Source: Balanoglossus misakiensis
Taxonomy: Eukaryota > Animalia > Hemichordata
Assembly (NCBI GenBank): GCA_040954595.2
Contig: JBECUI020000068.1
Span: forward strand, 1-33,404
DNA: 33,404 bases
Direction: 5' to 3'
The notes beneath the pieces are model-generated. The model saw nothing but the letters and a program-made list of their open reading frames with translations. It had not been told where the DNA came from and ran no database searches. Shown piece after piece: positions 1 through 9,799 of the stretch; position 1 is the stretch's first letter, and each line of letters starts with the position of its first letter. The position numbers and the translations under genes were made by a program.

Positions 1-109
1 GCTAAATAGGCAGACAACTGCATAGTCTATGTTATTAGAAAAGGTTTTACTTTAGAAATAAGGGTGAAAAGCCGAAAATAATATCGAGAACATAGTTTTT
101 AGGCGGTAA

Positions 110-1177
110 TTGGTGAGTAGTAATATATTAAATAAAGAGATAATGACCCGCTTCCCGAAGATTGAGTTACATCGTCATCTGGAAGGAACGTTTTCTCTGA
201 ATACTTTGCATAGAGTTGCACTTAAAAATAAACTTTCATACTCTGCCGATATAAAAGAATTTAAGGAACAGGTGCAATTTCCCAAGGAAGCAGAACCTGA
301 TTTCCAAAAGTTTCTATCTAAGTTTAGAGCCGATTGGTATCGCTCGACTGAGGATGTATATGACATTGTCTACAGTGCTGTGAAGGACTTGAAGCTCGAT
401 GGCTTGTTTTATATTGAGTTGAGGTTTTCTCCTGAACATTTTTCATTATACAATAAATTTGATCGAAAAAAGATTACATCTCTGATTATTGAAGCTGCTA
501 ATAAAGCTGCGGCAGAAGAGAATATCTATATTCGTTATCTGATAACCCTCAATCGAGGAAAACAAAATCAGCAAGAAATGTTGGAACTCTACGAAAAAAT
601 TTGCTCCTTAAATATAGATAGCATTGTGGGTGTCGATCTTGCCGGTGATGAAGTATCCTTCCCCCCTAATTTATTTACAGATTTCTTTGATTACGTAAAA
701 AAGAAGAACCTGCATAAAGCTACCATTCATGCTGGGGAAGTAACGGGGCCAGAACAAATATGGGAAGCTATCCGTATGCTTCATGCCAACAGAATTGGAC
801 ATGGTACTTCAAGCATCCAGGATGAAAAGTTACAGCAATTTCTTATTGACCACGGCATTGTCCTTGAACAATGCATAACATCAAACTATCAAACTGGATC
901 CTGGCCTGATGAACGAACACATCCTCTGAACCAACTATACAAACACGGTATTCCGGTAACGATCAATTCCGACGATCCCTTTATCCAAGATACTGATCTG
1001 ACTGATGACTACATCAAAAGCGCAGAATACTTTGCATTGACAATTGATGACTTTGTTCGATTGAACGAGACGGCTATTAACGGCGCATTTCTTTCGGATG
1101 GAGATAAACAAGCATTAATGTCTCGCTATCACGATGCAGTTAAGACCTTCAAGCAATCCCTCAATAACAGCAACTAA
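110..1177 (+). CDS. add: Adenosine deaminase (amidohydrolase superfamily)
   Basis: Motifs ELHRHLEG (HxH metal ligands), TIHAGE, RIGHG and INSDDP. The start is uncertain: TTG 110, GTG 113 or ATG 143. Confidence 0.9.
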   Translation: MVSSNILNKEIMTRFPKIELHRHLEGTFSLNTLHRVALKNKLSYSADIKEFKEQVQFPKEAEPDFQKFLSKFRADWYRSTEDVYDIVYSAVKDLKLDGLFYIELRFSPEHFSLYNKFDRKKITSLIIEAANKAAAEENIYIRYLITLNRGKQNQQEMLELYEKICSLNIDSIVGVDLAGDEVSFPPNLFTDFFDYVKKKNLHKATIHAGEVTGPEQIWEAIRMLHANRIGHGTSSIQDEKLQQFLIDHGIVLEQCITSNYQTGSWPDERTHPLNQLYKHGIPVTINSDDPFIQDTDLTDDYIKSAEYFALTIDDFVRLNETAINGAFLSDGDKQALMSRYHDAVKTFKQSLNNSN

Positions 1178-1194
1178 GCATTTTCGGCATGCAT

Positions 1195-1210
1195 TGTTTC
1201 ATGTGAAACA
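1195..1210. promoter_or_regulatory. parS: parS centromere-like site (ParB binding)
   Basis: TGTTTCATGTGAAACA matches the canonical parS palindrome TGTTTCACGTGAAACA at 15/16 positions. It is intergenic between convergent add and gyrA, about 6 kb from oriC. Confidence 0.85.
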
Positions 1211-1233
1211 TTTTCTGTTCTGCTCTGTAAAAT

Positions 1234-3672
1234 CTACTCTGTAGATTCTGTTGATGTTCTTGCAAGGGAAACGATCTTGTCTCCCTCCTTTAACGAAACA
1301 ATGGAAACACCGCTTGAGGCTCTCTTCTGCGCAGAAATGTCGCTGCATTGAATATATACTCCCATACCCGAAATAGTAATAAAAAGGCATGTATCATCGG
1401 CGACAGCAGGAAGAAGCCCCATAAGCATTCCTGTTTTTTCATTTAAGGTATAGGCTATCTGTCCCTTCGTTCCACGATTATGTGGCGTAAACTCTTTGAT
1501 ATGAATACGCTTGCCGTATCCGTTTTCCGAAACAATAAGCATTTCACTGTCTTTATGAACCATTGCAGCACCAATAAGAGATGCATTCTCCCGCAAAGAC
1601 AGCCCCGAAACACCGCGGGTATTTCTTCCCATTGACCGGAGATTATTCGCATGCATGCGCAGCCCCTTGCCATCGGATGAAAGAAGAAATATATCCTGAG
1701 AAGTATCCACTGCTAATACCTGTACTAATTCGTTTCCTTCATCCAGCTTGATGGCAATAATGCCTCTTTGTTTTGCATTGCGGAAAGCAGTAACATTTAC
1801 CAATTTAATAGTACCGTTTCGAGTAACAAAGAGTAATTCCTCTTTCTCGTCCATCTTCGGGGTGGCAAAAATAGAAGCTATCTGCTCGCCCTCTGCCAAA
1901 GGTAAAAGAGTATTAATATGTGTTCCCTTAGCAGTTTTCGTGCTTTCCGGAATTTGATATGAACGGACCCAATAGGCCTTTCCGAAGGTCGTAAACAATA
2001 ATACATAACTATGGGAAGAAGCTAAGGCAAGATGAGGAAGATAATCTTCTATCACTTGCGTCTTCGCTACCTTACTCCCGCGTCCGCCTCGTTTTTGTTT
2101 GCGGTATGTCCCAATGTGGATACGACGAATAAAACCCTTAGCTGATATCGTAATGCTATCTATCTGTTCCTGTATTAATTCCTCGTCGAGTACATCTACA
2201 ATTTCATCATCAATGATCGTTGTTCTTCGGTCATTACCATGCTGTTTCGCAATCGCTTCAGTTTCCTCTGCAACAGTAGCCAGTACTAACTGCTCATTTG
2301 CAAGGAATGCTGTATATTCCTTAATTTGAGCCCGGACTTCTCGGAGATCTTCAAGAATTTTCTCTACTTCAAGAGAACTTAAGCGGTAAAGCCGCATGTC
2401 CAGAATAGCCCGTGCTTGTATTTCTGTAACCTCGAAATTATTCATCAAGGCAGACATTGCTGCAGGAGTGTTCTTCGCATTGCGGATTTCTCGGATAACT
2501 TCGTTAATATTCGCTAGTGCTATTCTTAACCCATCAAGAATATGCTCTCGCTCCCGAGCTTTTTTCAATAAAAACTTTGTCCGACGTATCAATACATCTT
2601 TACGATGATCAATAAAATACTGTAGCATCTCTCGTAGTGAGAGACGCTGTGGCCGTCCATTAACGAGCGCAAGGGCATTAACAGCGAAGTTAACCTGTAA
2701 TTTACTGTGTTTATACAGCTGATTGTATACAACAGCAACATTGGTGTTGCGTTTCAGACTGACGACAATTCGTAATCCCTCGCGATCCGATTCATCTCTA
2801 ATGTTTTCAATATCCTGTATCCGTTTCTCACGGGCAAGCTCGGCTATCTGTTTAACCAACTCTGCCTTGTTAACGGCATAGGGTAATTCATGCACGATTA
2901 TCTGCATCTTGCCGTTCGGTTTTTCTTCCAGTTCACTTCTTGCTTGCACTACAATTTTGCCACTGCCGCTCCTATAAGCAGAATAAATGCCCTGCTTGCC
3001 ACGAATAACCCCACCCGTTGCAAAATCAGGTCCCGGCATGTGCCGAAAAAGTTCGGCATCTGATATGTTGGGATCCTTAACCAGGGCAGTAACAGCTGCG
3101 GAAATCTCATTGAGGTTATATGAAGGCATATTCGTTGCCATGCCAACCGCAATCCCATTTGCACCATTAGCAAGCAAATAAGGAAACGCAGCAGGAAGAA
3201 CACTTGGTTCTTTCATGCTCTCATCATAGTTCGAAACAAAGTCAACCGAATCCTTGTCGATGTCTCGCAACATTTCCTCAGTTACACGCTGCATACGAGC
3301 CTCGGTATACCGGGAAGCGGCCGGTGGATCGCCATCAATAGAACCGAAGTTACCCTGACCGTTAATAACAGGGTAACGTAATGAAAAGTCTTGTCCTAGG
3401 CGAACGAGTGATTCATAAATTGCAGCTTCACCATGGGGATGAAACTTACCCAGAACCTCTCCAACGATACGGCTGCTCTTTTTATGTGCTTGATTGGCAC
3501 GAATGCCCATCTCATACATTGCATAAAGAATCCGGCGATGTACCGGTTTTAACCCATCACGAACATCCGGTAATGCCCTACTGACAATAACCGACATTGC
3601 GTAGTTAAGATATGATACCTGTAATTCCTGTTCAATAGATACGGGTATGACCCGTCCACCTTGTTCTTCCAT
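1234..3672 (-). CDS. gyrA: DNA gyrase subunit A
   Basis: SRALPDVRDGLKPVHRR, HPHG, catalytic RYTE and beta-pinwheel CTD blades. The GyrA-box QKRGGRG distinguishes it from ParC. It lies directly downstream of gyrB. Confidence 0.97.
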   Translation of the reverse strand: MEEQGGRVIPVSIEQELQVSYLNYAMSVIVSRALPDVRDGLKPVHRRILYAMYEMGIRANQAHKKSSRIVGEVLGKFHPHGEAAIYESLVRLGQDFSLRYPVINGQGNFGSIDGDPPAASRYTEARMQRVTEEMLRDIDKDSVDFVSNYDESMKEPSVLPAAFPYLLANGANGIAVGMATNMPSYNLNEISAAVTALVKDPNISDAELFRHMPGPDFATGGVIRGKQGIYSAYRSGSGKIVVQARSELEEKPNGKMQIIVHELPYAVNKAELVKQIAELAREKRIQDIENIRDESDREGLRIVVSLKRNTNVAVVYNQLYKHSKLQVNFAVNALALVNGRPQRLSLREMLQYFIDHRKDVLIRRTKFLLKKAREREHILDGLRIALANINEVIREIRNAKNTPAAMSALMNNFEVTEIQARAILDMRLYRLSSLEVEKILEDLREVRAQIKEYTAFLANEQLVLATVAEETEAIAKQHGNDRRTTIIDDEIVDVLDEELIQEQIDSITISAKGFIRRIHIGTYRKQKRGGRGSKVAKTQVIEDYLPHLALASSHSYVLLFTTFGKAYWVRSYQIPESTKTAKGTHINTLLPLAEGEQIASIFATPKMDEKEELLFVTRNGTIKLVNVTAFRNAKQRGIIAIKLDEGNELVQVLAVDTSQDIFLLSSDGKGLRMHANNLRSMGRNTRGVSGLSLRENASLIGAAMVHKDSEMLIVSENGYGKRIHIKEFTPHNRGTKGQIAYTLNEKTGMLMGLLPAVADDTCLFITISGMGVYIQCSDISAQKRASSGVSIVSLKEGDKIVSLARTSTESTE

Positions 3673-3695
3673 TGTGATTCCTTATAGATTAATAA

Positions 3696-5627
3696 TTATA
3701 TATCAAGATTTTTTACATTAAGTGCGTTTTCTTCTATGAAGATTCTACGGGGTTGTACCTCTTCACCCATAAGCATAGAAAATATTTCATCTGCTTTTAT
3801 TGCATCATCCATCGTAATACGCATAATATTACGCGTATCAGGATTCATCGTTGTATCCCAAAGTTGATCGGCGTTCATTTCGCCAATTCCCTTATAGCGT
3901 TGTACGGTGATGTTTACATCTCCCTTCTCTGAACGAATTTCCCGTAATCGTTGATCTCGTTCACTATCAGTATAGGCATAGTATAACTGCTTCCCGTGTG
4001 CAATTCGGAAAAGAGGCGGCATAGCTATGTACACCCGCTCTTCACTGATCATCTCCTGCATATACCGGAAAAAGAAGGTCAGCAACAGCGTACGAATGTG
4101 AGAACCATCAACATCGGCATCAGCCATAATAATAACTTTATTATATCTAATTTTCTCAACATTAAAAGTATCGCCGATACCTGCACCAAGCGATACAATG
4201 ATAGGATTGAGTTTATCGTTTATCAAGACCTTCTCAATATGTGTCTTTTCTACATTGAGCATCTTGCCCCAGATTGGAAGTACCGCCTGAAACCTACGGT
4301 CTCGCCCCTGTTTCGCACTACCTCCAGCCGAATTACCCTCTACAATGTAGATTTCTGTTCGATCGGTGTTTTTCTCGCTACAATCAACAAGAAGACCGGG
4401 AAGCCCGGAACTGTCAAGCACATTCTTCCTTCGAACTACATCTCGAGCACGGCGCGCAGCAATTCGTGCTGTAGCAGCCGCTAAACATTTTTTGATAATG
4501 AGCTCTTTTAAGTCTGTTTGCGTGGAAAGAAGCAATTCCAACTCTTCACGCACTATTGTCTCTACAATAGGCTTTATTTCCGTATTGCCCAGCTTCGTTT
4601 TTGTCTGGCCTTCAAATTGCGGATGAGGAATTTTAAGAGAAATTATTGCTGTTAATCCCTCTCGTACGTCTTCCCCCTCAAAAGTGTCATCAAATTTTTT
4701 CGCAGATTTCGAACTGCGGAGAAGTGTGTTCATTACCTTGGTTAATCCGCTCTTAAACCCTGATAAATGTGTACCCCCCTCACGGGTGCTAACACTGTTT
4801 ACATACGAAAAAACAGCCTCGTTATATGAATGGTTGTATGCCAATGCAATCTCAACTACAACGCCATCTATTTCCCGAGAAACATATATCGCATTCGGGT
4901 GGATAGATGATTTGCGACTATTCAAAAAAGTAACAAACTCCTGAATACCACCGTTATAGATATAGGTAACGCTTTTTGGTTCATCCAAACGCTGATCGAT
5001 TATTTTGATTGTAACACCACGATTCAAAAAAGCAAGTTCCCGCAGTCGGGTTGAAAGGACATCAAAACCAAAATCAGTAGTAGAAAAAATGCTCGCATCA
5101 GGACGAAAGCGAATAATAGTACCGCTTTTCTCGCTTTTTCCTACAGTTTGAATGGGACTATCAGTAACGCCATGACGATAACGTTGCAGATGAATGACCC
5201 CATTCCGATGAACTTCTGCCTCGCACCACTCGGATAATGCATTTACAACAGAAATTCCCACACCATGCAGACCACCTGATATTTTATACGTATTCTTATC
5301 AAATTTTCCGCCTGCGTGTAGTTTTGTCATAACGAGCTCAAGCCCACTTACTTTTTCTTCCGAATGTATCTCAACCGGTATTCCACGCCCATTATCCTCA
5401 ACTTTTACAACAGAATCTTGTTCAAGGGTTACCGTAATTGTATCACAGTGTCCCGCAAGTGCTTCATCGATGCTATTATCTACAATTTCATAAACCAAGT
5501 GGTGTAAACCGCTAGTTCCTGTTGATCCAATGTACATACTGGGACGTTTTCTCACGCCTTCGAGTCCCTTTAAGACTTGAATATTTTCAGCTGAGTATTG
5601 CTTTGTAAACGAATTTTCTGATACCAT
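3696..5627 (-). CDS. gyrB: DNA gyrase subunit B
   Basis: GHKL ATPase motifs (EIVDNSIDE, DNGRGIP, GGLHGVG), TOPRIM motifs (EGNSAGG, DADVDG) and RYKGIGEM. Confidence 0.97.
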   Translation of the reverse strand: MVSENSFTKQYSAENIQVLKGLEGVRKRPSMYIGSTGTSGLHHLVYEIVDNSIDEALAGHCDTITVTLEQDSVVKVEDNGRGIPVEIHSEEKVSGLELVMTKLHAGGKFDKNTYKISGGLHGVGISVVNALSEWCEAEVHRNGVIHLQRYRHGVTDSPIQTVGKSEKSGTIIRFRPDASIFSTTDFGFDVLSTRLRELAFLNRGVTIKIIDQRLDEPKSVTYIYNGGIQEFVTFLNSRKSSIHPNAIYVSREIDGVVVEIALAYNHSYNEAVFSYVNSVSTREGGTHLSGFKSGLTKVMNTLLRSSKSAKKFDDTFEGEDVREGLTAIISLKIPHPQFEGQTKTKLGNTEIKPIVETIVREELELLLSTQTDLKELIIKKCLAAATARIAARRARDVVRRKNVLDSSGLPGLLVDCSEKNTDRTEIYIVEGNSAGGSAKQGRDRRFQAVLPIWGKMLNVEKTHIEKVLINDKLNPIIVSLGAGIGDTFNVEKIRYNKVIIMADADVDGSHIRTLLLTFFFRYMQEMISEERVYIAMPPLFRIAHGKQLYYAYTDSERDQRLREIRSEKGDVNITVQRYKGIGEMNADQLWDTTMNPDTRNIMRITMDDAIKADEIFSMLMGEEVQPRRIFIEENALNVKNLDI

Positions 5628-5691
5628 AAAATTACCTTACCCTGCAATCATTTTATAACATATGAGCGTGTTTTGAAAAGGGAGGAGCAAA

Positions 5692-7032
5692 TTGATGATA
5701 TCAAAGAGTTCGCTTTGGTCAAACGTATTAGAAGAAATAAAAAAAGATATATCAAAAGAAGAATTTCTTACCTGGTTTAATGATATCCAGTACAATGCCT
5801 TCAAAAATAATACGATTTTTCTTGCTGTGCCCTCAACCTTTTATAGAGAACAATTAAAACAACGTTACCTGTCTAGGATGCATGAAGTATTGGAAGAGTT
5901 GACCGGTAATTCCATTGAAATAGAATTTATTATTATAACAAACAAGGGAAAAAAATCGACGAGTGTACAAAAAAGCAAAGCAATACCCTACCCCAAAAAA
6001 TCGAAAAGCGTATTAAATGAAGAGTACACGTTTGAAAACTTTGTAATAGGAGAGAACAATAGCCTTGCCGCACATGCTTCTTTCGCCATTAGTAAAAACT
6101 TGGGAACTGCCTACAATCCCTGTCTGATATACGGTGGCGTTGGATTAGGAAAAACGCATTTGCTTCAGTCAATCGGCAACGAAGCACTTAAATCCTTCAA
6201 TGATATAAAGGTTACCTATGTAACCGCTGAAAAATTTACCAACGAATTCATTAGAGCAATCCAAGAAAACAAAATATACAAATTCAAAAATGAATACCGG
6301 CATACCGACGTTCTTCTCATTGATGATATACACTTTCTACAAAAAAAGCATGAAACCCAAGAAGAACTTTTTCATACCTTCGATACCTTGTTTCAGGCAA
6401 AAAAACAAATGGTGTTTTCAAGTGACCGCCCAGTAAGTGAGATTAAAGACATTACCGAACGGCTACAAAGTCGGTTTAACCGTGGATTGACGGTCGACCT
6501 GCAGCCACCAAAAATGGAAACCGCAATTGCAATTCTTAAAAAGAAACTGACAAAGTCCGATGTATATGTTCCAGAAGAAGTCATTACCTACATCTGCCAG
6601 CAAGTAACAACAAATATTCGCGATTTGGAAGCAGCTTTAACGCAAGTAATTGCCTACTCTGATCTTGTAAACCAGGAAATTACCCTAGAGGTTGCAAAAC
6701 GACAGTTGAAGCATATGTTTACTAACAAGACAACTGAAAACATTAATATTAGCGACATTCAACGGAATGTTTCGGATTTCTATAACATATCCGTCTCCGA
6801 TATTAAAGGGAAAAAAAGAAAACGTTCTATTATCACTCCCCGGCATATCGCTATGTATCTTGCTCGTGAAATAACTGAAAACTCATTAACCGATATTGGA
6901 CTGGAGTTTGGTGGCAAGGACCATACTACAGTTATGCATGCATGCCAACAGGTGGAAAACAGAATCCGTACCGATCCCTCGTTTAGTGATGCTATTCAAA
7001 CACTCTCCCGAAAAATAAAAGAAACAAATTAA
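5692..7032 (+). CDS. dnaA: Chromosomal replication initiator DnaA
   Basis: YTFENFVIG, Walker A GGVGLGKT, Walker B LLIDDIHF and domain IV signature GGKDHTTVMHA. RBS GGAGG at 5681-5685; the start is TTG 5692 or ATG 5695. Confidence 0.98.
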   Translation: MMISKSSLWSNVLEEIKKDISKEEFLTWFNDIQYNAFKNNTIFLAVPSTFYREQLKQRYLSRMHEVLEELTGNSIEIEFIIITNKGKKSTSVQKSKAIPYPKKSKSVLNEEYTFENFVIGENNSLAAHASFAISKNLGTAYNPCLIYGGVGLGKTHLLQSIGNEALKSFNDIKVTYVTAEKFTNEFIRAIQENKIYKFKNEYRHTDVLLIDDIHFLQKKHETQEELFHTFDTLFQAKKQMVFSSDRPVSEIKDITERLQSRFNRGLTVDLQPPKMETAIAILKKKLTKSDVYVPEEVITYICQQVTTNIRDLEAALTQVIAYSDLVNQEITLEVAKRQLKHMFTNKTTENINISDIQRNVSDFYNISVSDIKGKKRKRSIITPRHIAMYLAREITENSLTDIGLEFGGKDHTTVMHACQQVENRIRTDPSFSDAIQTLSRKIKETN

Positions 7033-7287
7033 AATTTGAAGCAAACCCTGTATATTTCTTGTTTATTAACAGTGGAAACATATTCATAAGTAATATGATG
7101 TTGGGTAATTTTTGTGGAAATTCTGAATGATCTTAAGAATTCATCTGTACTTATTAACACCGTTTACTGTTGATTTTAGAAAATTTACCTTTCCTTTCCA
7201 CATATACACGAAGCTTGTTACTACTATTACTAACTAATATAATAAAGTATAATATTAGATAATAGAAACCAATTGTGGAGGAAGAAT
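7033..7287. other. oriC: oriC (dnaA-dnaN intergenic origin) with degenerate DnaA boxes, DnaA-trios and AT-rich unwinding element
   Basis: Box-like 9-mers: TGTGGAAAT 7113-7121 (reverse), AGTGGAAAC 7071-7079 (reverse), and tandem CTTTCCACA 7194-7202 / ATATACACG 7202-7210. These are followed by TTA CTA CTA TTA CTA (7218-7232) and an AT-rich run to about 7260. Confidence 0.85.
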
Positions 7288-8388
7288 ATGGAATTAAGTG
7301 TTGAAAAAGAATTTATTGCAAAAGAAATGATGGTCATGCAAGATATCATTTCTACAAAAACTTTTCGAAATATTTTAGCCAATGTGGTATTTCAAGTTCA
7401 AGAAGACACACTCAGTTTGAAAGCTACGGATAGCAATATTTTTCTGGAAACCAATGTTAAGGTGGAAGGAAAAGAAAATGGAATAATATCTGTTTTTGGC
7501 GAAAAAATCTCTGCAGCACTTCGAAGTCTTCCGAAGGGACGAATTAGTGTTACATCAACAAACAATGAAGAAGTTACTATTGTCCCGGAAAAAAAAGAAG
7601 TTACATTTAATCTAAGAACAATGTCTCCAAATGATTTCCCAAAACTGCCAGTAGAACTTGAAAAACAATACTTTGTGCTTTCGCAAGCAGATTTTACCGA
7701 AATGGTACGAAAAGTTATTTTTGCAGTTTCCGCAGAAGAAGCTCGATATTTTTTGCAGGGGGTTTATCTTAAATCAAGCGGAAAAGGATTGACTATGGTA
7801 GCAACGGATGGACGAAGGCTTTCTCTTAGCAAGAAGACAACTGAAAGAGAAAGTGATTTTGATGGCATTATTGTACCGGTCAAAGTAATGAATTTAGTAC
7901 AACGCCTTTGTACAGGAGAGGGTGAAATTGAAATTCTTGTAGAAGAGGGTCGAATATTCTTCCGTTTCTTGCATTATAAAATATCATCAACTCTAATAGA
8001 AGGAACATTCCCGGATTACGGACGAGTCATTCCCGACAAACAAAGTTTTAAGGTAGTAGTAAAAACAAACGATATTTTTGAAGCTATTAAGCGGGTATCG
8101 ATTTTAACAGAAAAAACAAAACGTATTCTCTTAACCATTGCATCTGGTAAAATTATAGTTCGTTCAGAAGAAGGTGACATGGGAAAAGTAGAAGAACAAA
8201 TCCAAACATCCGGCTATGATGGAGAGGAAATGACCTTTGCATTAAACTATGCTTATCTTGAAGATCCGTTAACAATTATCACATCGAAAGAGACAGAAAT
8301 TGAGTTTACCGATCCGAATAAGGTAATTACACTACGAGAACCGGAGAATGAAGAAAATTTTCATATTATCATGCCAATGAGGGTATGA
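7288..8388 (+). CDS. dnaN: DNA polymerase III beta sliding clamp
   Basis: LKATD, VATDGRRL, LIEGTFPDY and C-terminal IIMPMR. ATG 7288 is preceded by GGAGG and is preferred over TTG 7273. Confidence 0.96.
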   Translation: MELSVEKEFIAKEMMVMQDIISTKTFRNILANVVFQVQEDTLSLKATDSNIFLETNVKVEGKENGIISVFGEKISAALRSLPKGRISVTSTNNEEVTIVPEKKEVTFNLRTMSPNDFPKLPVELEKQYFVLSQADFTEMVRKVIFAVSAEEARYFLQGVYLKSSGKGLTMVATDGRRLSLSKKTTERESDFDGIIVPVKVMNLVQRLCTGEGEIEILVEEGRIFFRFLHYKISSTLIEGTFPDYGRVIPDKQSFKVVVKTNDIFEAIKRVSILTEKTKRILLTIASGKIIVRSEEGDMGKVEEQIQTSGYDGEEMTFALNYAYLEDPLTIITSKETEIEFTDPNKVITLREPENEENFHIIMPMRV

Positions 8389-8389
8389 T

Positions 8390-9469
8390 GTGTCTCGCAT
8401 TGAAAGTATATTTCCCTATAACTTTAGGAATCTGGTAAATAAGAAAACAGATCTTAATTATTCTCAAGTCTTATTCATTGGACCAAACGGGCAGGGAAAA
8501 ACGAATTTCCTAGAATCGATATATTTTCTCTGTGTTGCCGGATCTTTTCGTGAACGGAGAGAAGAATTTATCCGCCGACATGGTTTCAATAACATGGCAG
8601 TAAACGGGGATATTTTCCACAACGGAGAAGAAACAAAAATTTCTGTTCTATGTGAGAAAGAAAAGAAAGAAATTATAATTGCCGACAAGGTGGTTCGAGA
8701 CCGAAAGGATCTTATTTCTATTCTTCCCAGCATAGTTTTTGTTCATTCGGATATAGAGTTTATTACCGGCAACCCACAGAAACGGCGAACATTCTTGGAT
8801 CAGACAATAAGTCTTACTAATCCTCTCTACATAGCTGATTACCGGCGCTTTCGCCGCGTACTAAAAAATAGAAATCGAGTATTGAAAGAACAGAACAAAC
8901 ATCTACTTTCGGTCCTAGACGAAGAGTTTGTAGAATCCGGTATACCAGTGCAAGAGCATCGGGCGAAAATAATTGCCTGGATAGCCGAAATATTTTCACC
9001 CTTGTTTCAAAAAATTTTTGGGCAAGAAATGGATATTCGTATTGAGTACATTCCTTCATGGAAGGTAGAGGAAAGAGATAAAATACTTGCACAACAACAG
9101 GAAAAACATCGGGACGAATTGCTTGCAGGCACCAGTCTTGTTGGTCCCCATCGGGATCGAATTCGATTTATGTTGGGAGATCATAATTTTCTCAGTGTTG
9201 CATCCACAGGGCAACTTCGGTTAGCATCCCTGGTTTTACGGAGTACGCAGGCCTTACTCTGTTCCAAGCATACAAAACAAGATCCCATACTTCTTCTTGA
9301 TGATGTTTTACTGGAACTCGATAATGAATGCAGAAACAGGTTTCTGGAAAACCTGCCGGCATACTCACAGTCATTTTTTACTTTCTTACCTGACGAAGAG
9401 TATGTCTGTTTTGAAAAAGAAGACACATGTCTGTATACTGTACATACGGGTGAGAGCTTTTTGAAATGA
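8390..9469 (+). CDS. recF: DNA replication/repair protein RecF
   Basis: NFRN, Walker A GPNGQGKTN, GPHRD, STGQLR and LLLDDVLLELD. It follows dnaN and starts at GTG. Confidence 0.95.
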   Translation: MSRIESIFPYNFRNLVNKKTDLNYSQVLFIGPNGQGKTNFLESIYFLCVAGSFRERREEFIRRHGFNNMAVNGDIFHNGEETKISVLCEKEKKEIIIADKVVRDRKDLISILPSIVFVHSDIEFITGNPQKRRTFLDQTISLTNPLYIADYRRFRRVLKNRNRVLKEQNKHLLSVLDEEFVESGIPVQEHRAKIIAWIAEIFSPLFQKIFGQEMDIRIEYIPSWKVEERDKILAQQQEKHRDELLAGTSLVGPHRDRIRFMLGDHNFLSVASTGQLRLASLVLRSTQALLCSKHTKQDPILLLDDVLLELDNECRNRFLENLPAYSQSFFTFLPDEEYVCFEKEDTCLYTVHTGESFLK

Positions 9470-9786
9470 AAAAAGCAGGTGATGTACTAAGGAAGATCAT
9501 TGAACGTATTATCCCAAACTATGAAATTCTTGAAGAAGAAATAAAACTCTCGCAGATGTTGGAAACTGACCTTGCGGTAAAGTATAAGGGGCATGCCAAA
9601 CTTCTCTCTATCGAAAAATCCCATCTACGCATAGCGGTTGATCACTCTGCTTGGCTCCAACGCCTGAACGAAGACAAAGAAACAATGCTCCAAAAGATAC
9701 ATGCAGTGCATCCATCTCTGCGAAGCATTACGAAAATACAATGTTTTTTACAAAAGGGAACGGATAATTCCTCTCGGTTGACGTAG
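9466..9786 (+). CDS. dciA: DUF721 / DciA family helicase-loading protein
   Basis: 106-aa protein overlapping the recF stop (ATGA). The pattern LRIAVDHSAWLQRL and the position after recF are typical of DUF721/DciA. Confidence 0.75.
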   Translation: MKKAGDVLRKIIERIIPNYEILEEEIKLSQMLETDLAVKYKGHAKLLSIEKSHLRIAVDHSAWLQRLNEDKETMLQKIHAVHPSLRSITKIQCFLQKGTDNSSRLT

Positions 9787-9799
9787 TGGTTTGAATTTT

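Noticed and set aside
1455-4944. Numerous 60-160 aa ORFs inside gyrA/gyrB (and likewise inside recF, pgm and the giant gene)
   Set aside because: These are antisense or off-frame shadows of well-supported genes, with no motifs of their own.
1234-5627. Possible topoisomerase IV (parC/parE) rather than gyrase
   Set aside because: An intact GyrA-box, a full CTD and the position beside dnaA indicate gyrase.
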